Of a stretch of DNA of 48,188 nt, positions 8,579-17,036 are shown one piece after another. The position numbers and the translations under genes were made by a program. The number at the start of each line of letters is the position of its first letter. Position 1 is the stretch's first letter. The stretch comes from Candidatus Moranbacteria bacterium RIFCSPHIGHO2_01_FULL_54_31. GTDB taxonomy: Bacteria > Patescibacteriota > Minisyncoccia > Moranbacterales > UBA1568. The notes below the pieces were generated by a model that saw only the letters and a list, made by a program, of their open reading frames with translations, did not search any database and was not told the origin of the DNA. The stretch is from the NCBI GenBank assembly GCA_001784695.1, contig MFRV01000003.1, forward strand, positions 1 through 48,188, in the 5' to 3' direction.

Positions 8579-8800
8579 CTACAATATTTCGATAATCTTT
8601 TTCCGACTGGTCGCGCCAGAAACGATCGTGATGAGGCTCGGCGCGACAGAGAAATATTTCGCAAGCAGCTTGATGAGCTTCTGGTTCGCCTGATTCTCAG
8701 CCGGAATCGCCGTCACGTGTGCGCGATAGGCAGTCTCTCCGATTTTTTCCACGGCATTTTTCCCCGCCCGCGGAATGATGGTCACAGAAATTTTTGACAT
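8579..8800 (-). CDS. DUF167 (YggU-like) family protein
   Basis: MSKISVTIIPRAGKNAVEKIGETAYRAHVTAIPAENQANQKLIKLLAKYFSVAPSLITIVSGATSRKKIIEI resembles the YggU pattern (V.PGA..N.......L.V...AP...G.AN..L...LA......S.I.I..G..SR.K). I trimmed the start to the ATG at 8800. Confidence 0.75.
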   Translation of the reverse strand: MSKISVTIIPRAGKNAVEKIGETAYRAHVTAIPAENQANQKLIKLLAKYFSVAPSLITIVSGATSRKKIIEIL

Positions 8801-8898
8801 AAAAAAATATAGTCTGATTCTAAGCCTCTCCTTCCTTATAAAACAAGTCTCCACCCGAAAGAATTTTTTGACGGTTGCTTCACGTTGTTTGAAGAAGG

Positions 8899-8972
8899 TC
8901 TCTCGGCTCGAAAAAAGAGCTGTGTCCCGCCGTTGATTGGGGGCGACTTTTTTCGTAAGCCGAGAGGCCTGA
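8899..8972. other. 74-nt long hairpin between nrdR and the DUF167 gene
   Basis: GGTCTCTCGGCT...AGCCGAGAGGCC pairs at 11 of 12 positions. Inner pairs are CGAAAAAAG/CTTTTTTCG and a GC-rich tip. Confidence 0.4.
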
Positions 8973-9035
8973 TGAGTGGTGAAGCAGAGTCAAAAGATTA
9001 CTTTTGGGCGGAGATTATCCTCTCAATCAGACAAC

Positions 9036-9482
9036 CTACTCCAACGTCTCCAGAGCCTTCCGGAAACTCTTGGCGCTGCCGAAAGATTTGTAGACGCTCG
9101 CGAAACGGATATAGGCGACATCATCGGCCTCTTTCAATTTCTCCATCACCAGACTGCCGATCTCGCGGCTACCGATCTCGTTCATATGTTTCTCATGCAA
9201 GGCATATTCTATCTCTCCTAAGATCCGCTCGATCTTTTCCTCGGCCGCCGGACGTTTCTCGAAAGCGCGCCGCAGTCCCTTCTCGATCTTGCTGCGATCA
9301 TAGTCTTCCTTGCGGCCATCCTTTTTCACCACGAGCAGATGGAAAATCTCCACTTCTTCATAGGTGCTGAAGCGGGCGTGACACTTCTCGCACTCGCGGC
9401 GGCGGCGGATCGCCCGCCCCTCCTGCGTATCGCGCGAGTCGATGACTTTGGTATCCGGATGATTGCAGAACGGGCAATGCAT
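9036..9482 (-). CDS. nrdR: Transcriptional repressor NrdR
   Basis: MHCPFCNHPDTKVIDSRDTQEGRAIRRRRECEKCHARFSTYE... is the zinc ribbon, followed by an ATP-cone. Confidence 0.95.
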   Translation of the reverse strand: MHCPFCNHPDTKVIDSRDTQEGRAIRRRRECEKCHARFSTYEEVEIFHLLVVKKDGRKEDYDRSKIEKGLRRAFEKRPAAEEKIERILGEIEYALHEKHMNEIGSREIGSLVMEKLKEADDVAYIRFASVYKSFGSAKSFRKALETLE

Positions 9483-9488
9483 AAGGAA

Positions 9489-9541
9489 GATAATGGATAA
9501 GTGATAAATGACGAGAGATCAGGAATAAGAGATAGCGGATA
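9489..9541. repeat. ~8 GATANNN-type heptads abutting the nrdR start codon
   Basis: GATA starts at 9489, 9496, 9503, 9531 and 9538. Degenerate units are GACG at 9510, GATC at 9517 and AATA at 9524. All are on a 7-nt register. The array ends 6 nt before the ATG at 9482 in mRNA sense. Confidence 0.65.
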
Positions 9542-9642
9542 AGCTATTTCTTCATCGTGCATCACTTACCCGCTTCGCCGGAGCTAGAGCGAGGCGAGTC
9601 TTGCATCTCATACTTACAGTATACACCGCTCTTGTTTTCCGT

Positions 9643-9670
9643 AAAAGTAAAACGCCTCTTCTCGAGGCGC
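9643..9670 (-). terminator. ftsZ terminator
   Basis: The minus sense reads CGCCTC-GAGAA-GAGGCG followed by TTTTACTTTT. Confidence 0.5.
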
Positions 9671-9688
9671 GATACTCTCTTCTCAAAA

Positions 9689-10921
9689 CTATTTTTTCAT
9701 CTTGCGGCGGATGAAAGCGGGAATCTCGAGATCCTCGTCCGCTTCGACAAGCTCTTTGGATTCGCTCCTCGGGGCGATGCCGCGCGGCTGGATCTTCTCA
9801 TCGATGATCATCACCGGCTGCTCGATCTTGCGGCTGGGAAATTGCAGCGCCTCTTCCGGCATTTCTTCCTCTTGTTCCGCTTCTTCTGCTGCAGAGGTAA
9901 AGCGCGGCTTGGACGAAGAAACCGTCCTATTGGTGATCAGTCCCAGCGCGGGCTCTTTGACGCGGGCGATGTCGAATCCGGTGGCTACCACGGTAATCTG
10001 GATCTCGCCTTTGCGGATCTGGTCATCGGTCACGGCACCGAAGATAACCTTGGCATTCGGATCGATATTCTCGGTGATGATGCTGGCAGCTTCGTTGATC
10101 TCGAGCATCGTAAGGTCGCTCGAACCGGAGATATTGAACAACACGCCCTTGGCACCGTCGATAGACAGTTCGAGGAGCGGGCTGTTGATAGCGGCCTTGG
10201 CAGCCTCCACGGCGCGATTATCACCGGATGCGATGCCGATACCCATGAGCGCGCTGCCGCTGTCTTCCATGATGGCCCGCACATCGGCGAAGTCGACGTT
10301 CACGATACCGGGCTTGGTGATCAGATCGGAGATGCCCTGCACGCCCTGGCGGAGCACGTCGTCGACGATACGGAAGGCGTTCACGAGCGTCGTCTTGCGG
10401 TCGATGATCGAGAGCAGCTTATCGTTCGGTATGGTGATGAGCGTATCGACGCGATCCCGCAAATTCTCGAGGGCTTCATCGGCAATGGCGCGCCGCTGGG
10501 ACCCCTCGAATGCGAACGGCTTGGTCACGACACCGACTGTCAATGCACCGAGTTCCTTGGCCGTCTCGGCCACGATCGGCGCAGCGCCGGATCCGGTTCC
10601 GCCGCCCAGCCCGCATGTGACGAACACCATATCGGCACCCTTGAGCACCTCTTGGATCTCATCACGGTTCTCTTCCGCGGCCTGCCGACCGATTTCCGGA
10701 TTCATACCGGCACCGAGTCCCTTGGTCAGATTTTTCCCGATGTGGATCTTTTCTTGCGCCTTGGAATTATGCAGTGCCTGAGCATCCGTATTGATAGCCA
10801 CAAACTCGACACCCTTGATTTTGGCATCGATCATGCGCGTAATGCCGTTGCCGCCGGAACCGCCTACGCCAACGACTTTAATCTTCGCAAAAGTCTCGAT
10901 ATCGGGTTTGATCTCCGCCAT
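9689..10921 (-). CDS. ftsZ: Cell division protein FtsZ
   Basis: Motifs: ...[17 protein letters not shown]...[11 protein letters not shown]...[18 protein letters not shown]...; AGGGGA sits 5 nt upstream of the ATG. Confidence 0.97.
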   Translation of the reverse strand: MAEIKPDIETFAKIKVVGVGGSGGNGITRMIDAKIKGVEFVAINTDAQALHNSKAQEKIHIGKNLTKGLGAGMNPEIGRQAAEENRDEIQEVLKGADMVFVTCGLGGGTGSGAAPIVAETAKELGALTVGVVTKPFAFEGSQRRAIADEALENLRDRVDTLITIPNDKLLSIIDRKTTLVNAFRIVDDVLRQGVQGISDLITKPGIVNVDFADVRAIMEDSGSALMGIGIASGDNRAVEAAKAAINSPLLELSIDGAKGVLFNISGSSDLTMLEINEAASIITENIDPNAKVIFGAVTDDQIRKGEIQITVVATGFDIARVKEPALGLITNRTVSSSKPRFTSAAEEAEQEEEMPEEALQFPSRKIEQPVMIIDEKIQPRGIAPRSESKELVEADEDLEIPAFIRRKMKK

Positions 10922-11156
10922 ATGTATCCCCTTTAAAAAGGTTGGTTAAGTAATTGATGCCTGTCATACTCTGCTGCACCGCTCTTCTGAAATCCCGCCC
11001 GGCAACATCCGTTTCTTGAAGTTTCACTCTATCACAACGCGAGAAAAGGTGTCAAGGCAGCGAAAAAACCTGGGAAAACACGGTTTTCCAGGGAAACGCC
11101 TTTGTATATTTCTCTTTATTTTCTGCTACGGACGAACTCCCCTGAGTCACTGTGCA

Positions 11157-12416
11157 TTACGGGAGAAACTGTTTCGACCAACGCCTGATGCTATTCATCA
11201 TATCATGTATGCCGGCTGGCACAATACCGAGCATCTTGCCCGGAGCGAACGAATGCTTGTGCGACTGATTCGCCTGCGCCAGAAGCAACAGCCCGACAGC
11301 CGTCGCGAACTGCGGCGTATCCACCTGGTCCAAGATGCCGCCCAGCGGTTTCGGGTATCCGATCTGCACCGGCAGCCGGAGCACCCGCTTTGTCAGATCG
11401 ACAGCGCCCGGCAAAAGCGCTCCTCCTCCGGAAAGTACCGCCCCGCCAGGAAGCAGTTCCTCGCGACCGATATTTTTCAACTCGGAATTTATGAAATGCA
11501 TGATCTCTTCGAAGCGCGCTTCGATGATTTCCGCTATGTGTCTCCGCGATACCAAGGCGTCTTCCTGCGAATCGAAAATACTCAGATCAACATCTTCTTT
11601 CTTCCCGATTTCATCGGGGGTGGCGCTGCCGTATTGCAGCTTCACCGCCTCTGCCACCTCAATCGATGTGCGCAGACCGATAGCCAGATCGTTGGTGATA
11701 TGACCGCTCCCTACCGGCAAAACGGACAGATGCAACAGATCGCCATCTTCGAACACTACCATGGAAGTCGTACTGCCGCCGATATTGATAAGCACCGTAC
11801 CGAGCTCTTTCTGCTTGGTACTGAGGACCGCTTCGGCTGACGCGATCGGTTCCACGACGAAACTCTCGACGCTCGTACCGGCTTGCTCGAGGCTGCGGGA
11901 AATATTCTTCAGATGCGATGTGCTGCTGCTGATCACCAGCGCATTCATCTCAAGACGCACTCCATGCATACCGAGAGGATCCTTGATATTTTTCTGATCA
12001 TCGAGGCGATAGTCTTTGGGAATGACATGGATAATCTCCCGGTTGAGCGGCATCGTCAGCCGCGCCTGCACTTCTTCCAAGACGCGCGCGATATCGTCCT
12101 CCGATACCTCGCCATCGGCGCGCCCCACGGCGATCACGCCCAAAGCATTCTGGCAGGCGATCTCCGCACCGCTCACGCTCACGGCCACATTGTCTGCCGG
12201 GTGCCCGGCCATACGCTCAGCCTGCTCCAAGGCGCTGTTGCATGCCTTGGCGACGCTGTCCGTATCGACGACCACGCCGCGGCGCATGCCGAAAGAAGGC
12301 GTCGTCCCCACGCCGACGACGCGCAACGGCTCTTCAAAAGAAATTTCCTGAGCGATCACTGCCCGAATCTCCGCAGAACCGATATCCAAACCGACATAAT
12401 AATGGCCTCGTGACAT
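11157..12416 (-). CDS. ftsA: Cell division protein FtsA
   Basis: MSRGHYYVGLDIGSAEIRAVIAQ... shows the actin-like ATPase fold pattern. It lies directly upstream of ftsZ. The track ORF starts at a TTG at 12434. I prefer the ATG at 12416, but the start is uncertain. Confidence 0.9.
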   Translation of the reverse strand: MSRGHYYVGLDIGSAEIRAVIAQEISFEEPLRVVGVGTTPSFGMRRGVVVDTDSVAKACNSALEQAERMAGHPADNVAVSVSGAEIACQNALGVIAVGRADGEVSEDDIARVLEEVQARLTMPLNREIIHVIPKDYRLDDQKNIKDPLGMHGVRLEMNALVISSSTSHLKNISRSLEQAGTSVESFVVEPIASAEAVLSTKQKELGTVLINIGGSTTSMVVFEDGDLLHLSVLPVGSGHITNDLAIGLRTSIEVAEAVKLQYGSATPDEIGKKEDVDLSIFDSQEDALVSRRHIAEIIEARFEEIMHFINSELKNIGREELLPGGAVLSGGGALLPGAVDLTKRVLRLPVQIGYPKPLGGILDQVDTPQFATAVGLLLLAQANQSHKHSFAPGKMLGIVPAGIHDMMNSIRRWSKQFLP

Positions 12417-12520
12417 ACGAACGATATCATTCAAAATTGAAAAATGCCCCTCCTATGAAAAACAGAGCTTCTTGCCCTGTATTATACCCCGAGAAGCGCC
12501 AGACGCCAAGGGAAAGTCGA

Positions 12521-12883
12521 TTAGGATTTCACGAATGCCATCAGATACGGGGAAAAAATGGCGATACCGATAGCCACGGCCGAAAGCGAAGCGAGCAGTA
12601 CCGCACCCGCCATCACGTCTTTGATCACCCGCGCATACGGATGCACGCGCGGCTTCAAGATATCCATCACGCGCTCGAGCGCGGTATTGGCCAGTTCCAG
12701 AGTCAGCACCCAGACGACAGACAGGATGATCAAAGAACGCTCCATACTCGACAGAGGGAAGAAAAGCATCAGGATGACCGCGAGCAGCCCCGCTACGATC
12801 TCGATCTGAAAGTTCTTTTCGTTACGTATCGTAAAGAGAATGCCTTTCACCGCATACGTGAAGCTTCTGATCAATCGGCGCAT
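12521..12883 (-). CDS. dgkA: Diacylglycerol/undecaprenol kinase (DgkA family)
   Basis: ...RSFTYAVKGILFTIRNEKNFQIE...ELANTALERVMD...HPYARVIKDVMAGAVL... resembles the Gram-positive DgkA pattern. I trimmed the start to the ATG at 12883, because the track start at 12937 overlaps ybeY. Confidence 0.8.
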   Translation of the reverse strand: MRRLIRSFTYAVKGILFTIRNEKNFQIEIVAGLLAVILMLFFPLSSMERSLIILSVVWVLTLELANTALERVMDILKPRVHPYARVIKDVMAGAVLLASLSAVAIGIAIFSPYLMAFVKS

Positions 12884-12917
12884 AGTGACAATCATTAGAT
12901 GTATTATGGAGGCTGTG

Positions 12918-13370
12918 CTACTGATCGCTGAAAGCATCGGTCACTCGATCCTGGATCTCGAACATCTCTTCCTCATGATCGAAACCGACCAGATGGAGTA
13001 CGCCGTGAGAAAATATATACGTCATCTCGCGCTGGAATGTCACCTCGTCTTCGGCAGCGGCTTGCGCGATGAACGCCGGGCAGAAAAAAATGTCTCCGAG
13101 GAAAATATCCTGTTCGGCTACCCGCGCCAATGCCTCCCTGTCGGCATATTCGCCGAAAGACAGCACATCGGTCACCGCATCCTTATCACGATATGTCCGG
13201 TTCAGCTCCCGGATCCTCTCTCCGGTCACGGCGATGACGTTGAGACTGACTTCTTTGCCATGCAAGAAGGGGAATCGGCATTCTTCGAGCGTCCGCGAAG
13301 CTACCTCATTGAAAAACGCTTCTTCGAACGGCACTTCTGTCTCAGCGGTGTAATCGAGGGTCACATGCAT
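12918..13370 (-). CDS. ybeY: rRNA maturation endoribonuclease YbeY
   Basis: Contains the ...FSHGVLHLVGFDHEEE... zinc motif (H..H.....H). Confidence 0.9.
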   Translation of the reverse strand: MHVTLDYTAETEVPFEEAFFNEVASRTLEECRFPFLHGKEVSLNVIAVTGERIRELNRTYRDKDAVTDVLSFGEYADREALARVAEQDIFLGDIFFCPAFIAQAAAEDEVTFQREMTYIFSHGVLHLVGFDHEEEMFEIQDRVTDAFSDQ

Positions 13371-13373
13371 ACG

Positions 13374-13826
13374 CTACGTAAGCAGAGCATCCACCATCCT
13401 GCGCACATCGTCGCCTGCCGCACGGCCAGCCACCTTTTTCATCACCGCTCCCATCGCCTGCCCCATCTGAGCTTTGGTGGTAATGCCGCTCTCCAGAAGC
13501 GCTGCCTGTACCAGGGCTCGCAATTCTTCTTCCGGCATAGCCTGCGGCAGATATTCTGATAGGAGCACCAGTTCCGCGGCTTCTTTCTCAGCGAGATCCG
13601 CCCGATTGCCGGCCCGGTACTGCTCGATGCTATCTTTGCGCTGTTTCGTCAGCCGGCGGATCACGTCTTCCACCTCGCTATCGGACAATTCCGCCGGAGC
13701 TTTCCGCTTCTCGATAGCCGTATTCTTGATAGCGCTTGAGAGCAGACGGATCGTATCGCGACGGAGCGCGTCCCCTGACTTCATCGCCTCTTTCAGATGC
13801 GTCCCAATCGTCTCGTACAGACTCAT
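13374..13826 (-). CDS. GatB/YqeY domain protein
   Basis: MSLYETIGTHLKEAMKSGDALRRDTIRLLSSAIKNTAIEKRK... matches the YqeY family pattern. Confidence 0.85.
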   Translation of the reverse strand: MSLYETIGTHLKEAMKSGDALRRDTIRLLSSAIKNTAIEKRKAPAELSDSEVEDVIRRLTKQRKDSIEQYRAGNRADLAEKEAAELVLLSEYLPQAMPEEELRALVQAALLESGITTKAQMGQAMGAVMKKVAGRAAGDDVRRMVDALLT

Positions 13827-13875
13827 ACTCTTTCCCTTAACTGTTTATCCCCTCTATCATACCAAACTCCCTATC

Positions 13876-13912
13876 AAAAAACCACCCCGCGTATGCCATG
13901 GGGTGGTTTTTT
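13876..13912. terminator. Bidirectional-type terminator after rpsU
   Basis: AAAAAA-CCACCCC-(11 nt)-GGGGTGG-TTTTTT. Confidence 0.7.
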
Positions 13913-13923
13913 CTGAAAGGAGG

Positions 13924-14172
13924 TTACATCTTCTTCTTGATGTCGCGGAGCGCGTCTTCATCGAACTTGCCCAGTTTTTTCAGGCGATTGATCTCTTTGC
14001 GGATCTTCACTTTGTAAAGGGCTTCTGAACGGCGCTTGTCGCGGCTCTGCTCTTCTACGCGGAAGCGCTGCTTGCGCACCTGTCGCAAGACACCGCTCTG
14101 CTGCACGCGGCGCGAAAAACGCCGAATGAGGCTTTCAGCGGTTTCTTTCTCTTTTTTCCGTACTTGAATCAT
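13924..14172 (-). CDS. rpsU: 30S ribosomal protein S21
   Basis: ...ESLIRRFSRRVQQSGVLRQVRKQRFRVEEQSRDKRR... matches the bS21 pattern. A strong SD (AAGGAGG) sits 7 nt upstream. Confidence 0.85.
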   Translation of the reverse strand: MIQVRKKEKETAESLIRRFSRRVQQSGVLRQVRKQRFRVEEQSRDKRRSEALYKVKIRKEINRLKKLGKFDEDALRDIKKKM

Positions 14173-14229
14173 ACAAACGACCTCCTTTCCTAATTTCCAT
14201 TATGGAAAAACAAATAATAACGGGTATTA

Positions 14230-14333
14230 AACCCCAGGGCAAGCCCTGGGTTCAATCCCTCCGCGGCAAGCCGCGGGGTATTGACCCGATTTTACCGGCA
14301 CTCCGCTCGGAAGCGAAAGTGAACTTTCGCTTC
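14230..14333. repeat. Cluster of GC-rich perfect hairpins in the rpsU-HIT spacer
   Basis: Three hairpins: CCCAGGG-CAAG-CCCTGGG at 14230-14252, CCGCGG-CAAG-CCGCGG at 14261-14276, and GAAGCGAAAG-TGAA-CTTTCGCTTC at 14310-14333. In the transcribed (minus) sense the first two loops read CUUG. Confidence 0.6.
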
Positions 14334-14383
14334 GCTCGCTCCGTTTGGTAATGAGCGCTCGTGGAGCCTTCTCTGGGGTTTAT

Positions 14384-14430
14384 CCTGTGTAATCCGGCTT
14401 GCCGGTCCGCCTATGGCGGAATTACACAGG
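14384..14430. other. Compact three-way-junction palindrome overlapping the HIT stop codon
   Basis: CCTGTGTAAT (14384-14393) pairs with ATTACACAGG (14421-14430). With no linker nucleotides, it encloses CCGGCTTGCCGG (14394-14405) and TCCGCC-TAT-GGCGGA (14406-14420). The HIT stop codon (14422-14424) lies inside the right arm. Confidence 0.55.
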
Positions 14431-14772
14431 ATGAATATTCTCCGTCAATCGGGCGCCTCCGATGAGGTGGAGGTGGAGATGCGGCACTTCCTGGCCGCCG
14501 TCCCTCCCGACCCGGATCAGCAGCTTATACCCTTTCTCGGAAATATTCAAGTCTCGGGCGATGCCCTGCGCGACGAGGAACATTTTCCCGACAAGCGGCC
14601 CATCCGCCGCTTCCAATGACGCGACGCTTGCGATCGGCTTCTTGGGAATGATCAGGATATGCACGGGAGCCAGAGGATGGATATCGCGAAAGGCGAGAAT
14701 GTCATCGTCTTCATAGACGATATCGGCCGGAATCTCCTTGCGGATGATCTTGAGAAAAATATTGTCTCCCAT
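14422..14772 (-). CDS. HIT family (histidine triad) protein
   Basis: ...IFLKIIRKEIPADIVYEDDDILAFRDIHPLAPVHILIIPK...HLHLHLIGG. Confidence 0.9.
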   Translation of the reverse strand: MGDNIFLKIIRKEIPADIVYEDDDILAFRDIHPLAPVHILIIPKKPIASVASLEAADGPLVGKMFLVAQGIARDLNISEKGYKLLIRVGRDGGQEVPHLHLHLIGGARLTENIHPV

Positions 14773-14780
14773 ACGGAATG

Positions 14781-16211
14781 TTACCCTTGCAAGACTTGAT
14801 TGGTTTTGAGGATCTTTTTCACCGCATCCACCAGCCTCTCATAGGTGACGGTCTCCTGCGTTCCGGAGACCATGTCCTTGACGATAGCGGTCTCATCGAG
14901 CGCTTCTTTCTGTCCGACGATGATCGTCACTTCCACTCCCAGACGATTGGCGACACGCAACTGCGACTTCAGGCTGCCGCGACCGAAACTTTCTGCAATG
15001 AGAATACCATTTTTTTCCAACTCTGAGAACAAGCGCAGGCTTTTTTTCTTGGCCATATCGCCGAGCTGCGCCAGAAACACGCGCGCCTTCGGTTCCTGAT
15101 AGGGCTTGACCTGAGTGCGCTTCATCTCGAGCACGATGCGATCCAGCCCCAACCCGAACCCGATGGCCGGGGTCGCCTCGCCGCCTAGGCTCTGAATCAG
15201 CCCGTCATAGCGTCCGCCGCCGCCCAAGGAATATTTCTTCCCTTCCTTGTCGCTCGACCAGATCTCGAAGACGGTCTTGGTATAATAATCCAGCCCGCGC
15301 ACCAGACGCGTATTGATCGTATAGGGCAGTTCGAGCTCATCTAAGTATTCGAGCAGGCGCTTGAAATGATCGCGTGATTCCTGATCGAGGTAATCAAGCG
15401 ACTGCGGCGCATGGACGGTCAATTGGATGCATTTGTCTTCCTTGCAGTCCAGGACGCGCATCGGACTGGTCGCAAGACGATCGCGGCAGTGCTGACACAG
15501 CTTGTTTTTCTGCGCTTCCAGATAGCGGATCAGCGCTTTCTCGTATTCGCGCCGCGATTCCGGCATACCGATGCTATTGATCTGGAATTCGATATTTTTC
15601 AGTCCCAGCTGCGAGACGACGCGATAGGCGAGCTGGATGGTCTGCGCGTCGAGAATCGGGTCGCTTTCTCCGAACATATCGAAGTTCCCCTGCCAGAATT
15701 CGCGATAGCGTCCTTCCTGCGGACGATCATAGCGATACACCGGACCGATAGAAAACAGCTTCACCGGTTTCGGCAGGATGCCCATGCCATGCTGGATGAA
15801 GGCGCGCGCGATACCAGCGGTGAACTCTGGGCGGAGCGCCACCTTGTCGCCGCCGCGCGTGACGAACGAGTACATCTCTTTTTCGACGATATCAGTCTCC
15901 GTCCCGATGGAACGCGTGAACAGATGGGCGTATTCCACGATCGGCGTATCGATGCGCTGAAAGCCGTATTCCTGCGCCGCATGCGTGAGCGCCTTGCGCA
16001 CCCGCTCCCAGTACGGCTGATCATCAGGCAGAATATCGCGCATACCACGGAGCGCCTGCAGCAGCATTTCCTCCTGACTCACGTTCTGCACAGACGTCTT
16101 CTTCGGTGCCGCCGATTTTCTCGACGCCGTTTTGGCAGCGGGCATTTTCTTTACCTGCGATTTCTGTCCGCGCGCCGAGACCTTGCGGACGGCAGCTTTC
16201 TTCTGTGGCAT
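14781..16211 (-). CDS. hisS: Histidine--tRNA ligase with a ~50-aa Lys/Ala-rich N-terminal extension
   Basis: ...LRGMRDILPDDQPYWERV...FQRIDTPIVEYAHLF...LRPEFTAGIARA...YRYDRPQEGRYREFWQ...GGGGRYDGL... are the class II HisRS motifs. Confidence 0.93.
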   Translation of the reverse strand: MPQKKAAVRKVSARGQKSQVKKMPAAKTASRKSAAPKKTSVQNVSQEEMLLQALRGMRDILPDDQPYWERVRKALTHAAQEYGFQRIDTPIVEYAHLFTRSIGTETDIVEKEMYSFVTRGGDKVALRPEFTAGIARAFIQHGMGILPKPVKLFSIGPVYRYDRPQEGRYREFWQGNFDMFGESDPILDAQTIQLAYRVVSQLGLKNIEFQINSIGMPESRREYEKALIRYLEAQKNKLCQHCRDRLATSPMRVLDCKEDKCIQLTVHAPQSLDYLDQESRDHFKRLLEYLDELELPYTINTRLVRGLDYYTKTVFEIWSSDKEGKKYSLGGGGRYDGLIQSLGGEATPAIGFGLGLDRIVLEMKRTQVKPYQEPKARVFLAQLGDMAKKKSLRLFSELEKNGILIAESFGRGSLKSQLRVANRLGVEVTIIVGQKEALDETAIVKDMVSGTQETVTYERLVDAVKKILKTNQVLQG

Positions 16212-16253
16212 AGCTGTTCGTTTAAAAACTTACTGTCGGGCTGACGGAAAGAG

Positions 16254-16892
16254 TCAATAGACCGAAAAACGCTCTACCGGCCAAGCGCGCATCAGCACGC
16301 GACCAATAATCCTGTCTTTCTTGATCGGTCCGATGGAGCGCGAATCGTAGCTGAACATCCGATTGTCGCCCATCATGAAATACCCGTCCTCGCCCACGAT
16401 CGTCCGCGGCATATCCTGAGTCAGGATCCTCGTACTGAGATAGCTGCTCTCGTCCAAGACGAATCCCTCCGGATGAATCGTATTGTAAATGATCACCTTA
16501 CCGTGACGGATCTCCACCGCTTCTCCCGGCAGACCGATGACACGCTTGATGAAAAACTGTTCCGGATTCTTGGGATAGCGGAACACGACCACATCCTGAC
16601 GCTCGATCGTTTTGAAGGTGTTCGCCGTGAACTGAAGCGTATCTGTCAAAGCGAGCTTCGTCTCTTTGTACCCGAATTCGCTGATGACCAGATACTGCCC
16701 ATCCTCGAAATTCGGCTCCATACTCGATCCCTGAACGAAAAACGGCTGGAACAAAAAGACGCGAACCGGTATAATAACGACTACGGCCAAGAGGAATACC
16801 TTGGCCATTTCCAACAGCAAACCGCCGATGCCGAGATATTCGACTTCTGCCTCCTGCGATGCATCTGGCGTATGCTTCAGATGTTCTGTCAT
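16254..16892 (-). CDS. lepB: Signal peptidase I
   Basis: Motifs: ...VQGSSMEPNF...IKRVIGLPGE...GDNRMFSYDSR... Confidence 0.9.
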   Translation of the reverse strand: MTEHLKHTPDASQEAEVEYLGIGGLLLEMAKVFLLAVVVIIPVRVFLFQPFFVQGSSMEPNFEDGQYLVISEFGYKETKLALTDTLQFTANTFKTIERQDVVVFRYPKNPEQFFIKRVIGLPGEAVEIRHGKVIIYNTIHPEGFVLDESSYLSTRILTQDMPRTIVGEDGYFMMGDNRMFSYDSRSIGPIKKDRIIGRVLMRAWPVERFSVY

Positions 16893-17036
16893 AAAGCGGT
16901 CTATATGTCATCTCTCTCGCCGCTGTCTCAGGCGAAGATGATTCTAAAAAGCGAAAAACATTGATATTCTAACAGACTTTTGATGCTCTAGCAAGAGTAA
17001 AAGACCCCTCTTTACAAGCAAAAAATCGGATTCCCT

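Noticed and set aside
9483-9688. NrdR-box operators near nrdR.
   Set aside because: I found no pair of 16-bp palindromes of the NrdR-box type, and no nrd genes are in the window. The spacer is instead dominated by the GATA heptads and the ftsZ terminator.
14247-14262. GGGTTCAATCCC looks like a tRNA T-loop in the rpsU-HIT spacer.
   Set aside because: The flanking bases do not form a T stem. No acceptor, D or anticodon arms can be drawn on either strand. The bases instead belong to two adjacent GC hairpins.
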